DNA of 64,000 nucleotides from Neovahlkampfia damariscottae (Eukaryota): NCBI GenBank assembly GCA_016618085.1, contig JABLTG010000041.1, positions 1 to 64,000 of the forward strand, read 5' to 3'. Shown piece by piece: positions 62,739 to 64,000 of this stretch (position 1 is its first letter; each line of letters starts with the position of its first letter). The notes under the pieces were generated by a model. It saw only the letters and a program-made list of their open reading frames with translations, ran no database searches and was not told where the DNA came from. The position numbers and the translations under genes were made by a program.

Positions 62739-64000
62739 TTATTTTTTTTCAAGTTTTGATTTTAAATTCTTCACTTCATCAAGTAACTTCATTTGTACAT
62801 CTTCATATTTTTCTTTGTTTTTTTGAATAATTATTTTTTGATCCTCAATCTGTTTGCGAAGAAATTTAATTTCATTCTTTTGCTTCAACTGAGACTCTAC
62901 AATGATTTCAAAAAGTTCATCTTTATGAATTGAATTTACAGCCATGAAAGATTTTTCTTTTAAATTTCCTTCAATATGATATTCAATACAATATTGTAAA
63001 ATTTCAAATGCATTCTTTTCATTGACCAATTGTTCAAGTTTTCTTGCTGCGAATGTTTTTAAAATATTCAAGACAAATTTATCAGAAACTTTAATCAAAT
63101 CTGTTAATGAATCTACTTTTGAAGGTAAAACAACATCTCTATTGTAAATATAATCTAAAATTAATGAAAGTGTCTCTGCTTTAACATCATTAATAATAAT
63201 TTTGTTTTGAGTTGATTCTTGAAAAGGTGATGATAACATGATTGAAAAATACTCTGAAAATGAAACTAAAATTGATTTATGAGCTTTGAATTCTTGATTA
63301 TCTGAAGATACCAAAATGATATCATACATCAATTTTGTGTAATATAACTTGACAATATGTTTGTGAATTCTTTGTTGATGAGGAATAATTTTATATTCAA
63401 TTTGTAAATTTGGTGGTTTGTTTAATGTGGAAATGGATAACAAATCAATCAAAATTTCATTTGAAATATCCTTTTGTTTCAATAATTTTTCTTTTGTTAT
63501 TTTTTCTTTATTTTTATAAAAAAATAGAAAACAATGTTGCTTCAAATTTTCAATTTCCATTTCATAAGATACTTTTAACATATTGAAAATATTCTCAATT
63601 GTTACAAAATGATCAAATTCTTTTAACAATCTGAACAGTAATTCTTTCAATAAAAATTGTTTTGTTGATGAAATTAATTTTAAATATTCAATCCAATTTG
63701 AATATTCAACATCATTTCCGTACATATAATTCAATATATTTTGAAAAACAAAACCATCAATTTTTGGAATAATAATTTTTTGAACATTTTCTCCCTTCTT
63801 TTCAATTAATTCAAGAATATATTTTGATTGTGAGACTATTGATTGATGACATGGAAATTCTTTTTTTCCTGCCACAATAATCAAATCATTAAATGATTTT
63901 GATTCTTTTAAACGATTCAAAATTTGTAAAATTTCTCTTTTTGAAATTAAATTATGACAATAAACATCATTATAATATTTCCCATCAAATCCTCCAAAAA
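62739..64000 (-). CDS. Tandem BTB/POZ domain protein (5' end outside the window)
   Basis: FNDLII..KEFPCHQSIV and YDIIL..EFKAHKSILVSFSEYF...LDYIY. Confidence 0.85.
   Translation of the reverse strand, partial: FGGFDGKYYNDVYCHNLISKREILQILNRLKESKSFNDLIIVAGKKEFPCHQSIVSQSKYILELIEKKGENVQKIIIPKIDGFVFQNILNYMYGNDVEYSNWIEYLKLISSTKQFLLKELLFRLLKEFDHFVTIENIFNMLKVSYEMEIENLKQHCFLFFYKNKEKITKEKLLKQKDISNEILIDLLSISTLNKPPNLQIEYKIIPHQQRIHKHIVKLYYTKLMYDIILVSSDNQEFKAHKSILVSFSEYFSIMLSSPFQESTQNKIIINDVKAETLSLILDYIYNRDVVLPSKVDSLTDLIKVSDKFVLNILKTFAARKLEQLVNEKNAFEILQYCIEYHIEGNLKEKSFMAVNSIHKDELFEIIVESQLKQKNEIKFLRKQIEDQKIIIQKNKEKYEDVQMKLLDEVKNLKSKLEKK

Overview
AT-rich, very gene-dense eukaryotic nuclear DNA from a protist. 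The combination of 7TM-RGS, hybrid histidine kinase, Rab23, FtsX-type permease and ~28-45 nt GT-AG introns suggests a heterolobosean/Naegleria-like amoeboflagellate (inference). About 45 protein genes are present, many split by tiny introns, so the ORF track fragments them. Nearly every start codon has a CCAAT box within ~10-60 nt, and convergent genes end 2-40 bp apart. Housekeeping genes: TDP1, two MAPKs, SQT1/AAMP, Rab23, PARP6/8-like, KRI1, ALDH8A1, eIF3a, DHCR24, NDUFAF3, FTHFS, CLN3, fRMsr, VPS52. Most notable: (1) an intronless Zn-finger + coiled-coil + phage peptidase-G2-like chaperone + multi-TM protein (MYRF-like logic) inside a tandem array of five secreted Kazal/Asn-Gly-repeat genes; (2) an ODC antizyme with a probable +1 frameshift at an unusual GGG-UAA site; (3) an intact, spliced NFS1/IscS paralogue that has lost its catalytic residues; (4) a decayed secreted gene with biomphalysin-like Cys repeats. 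No rRNA, tRNA, CRISPR or transposon was recognised. All family calls are by eye; no searches were run.
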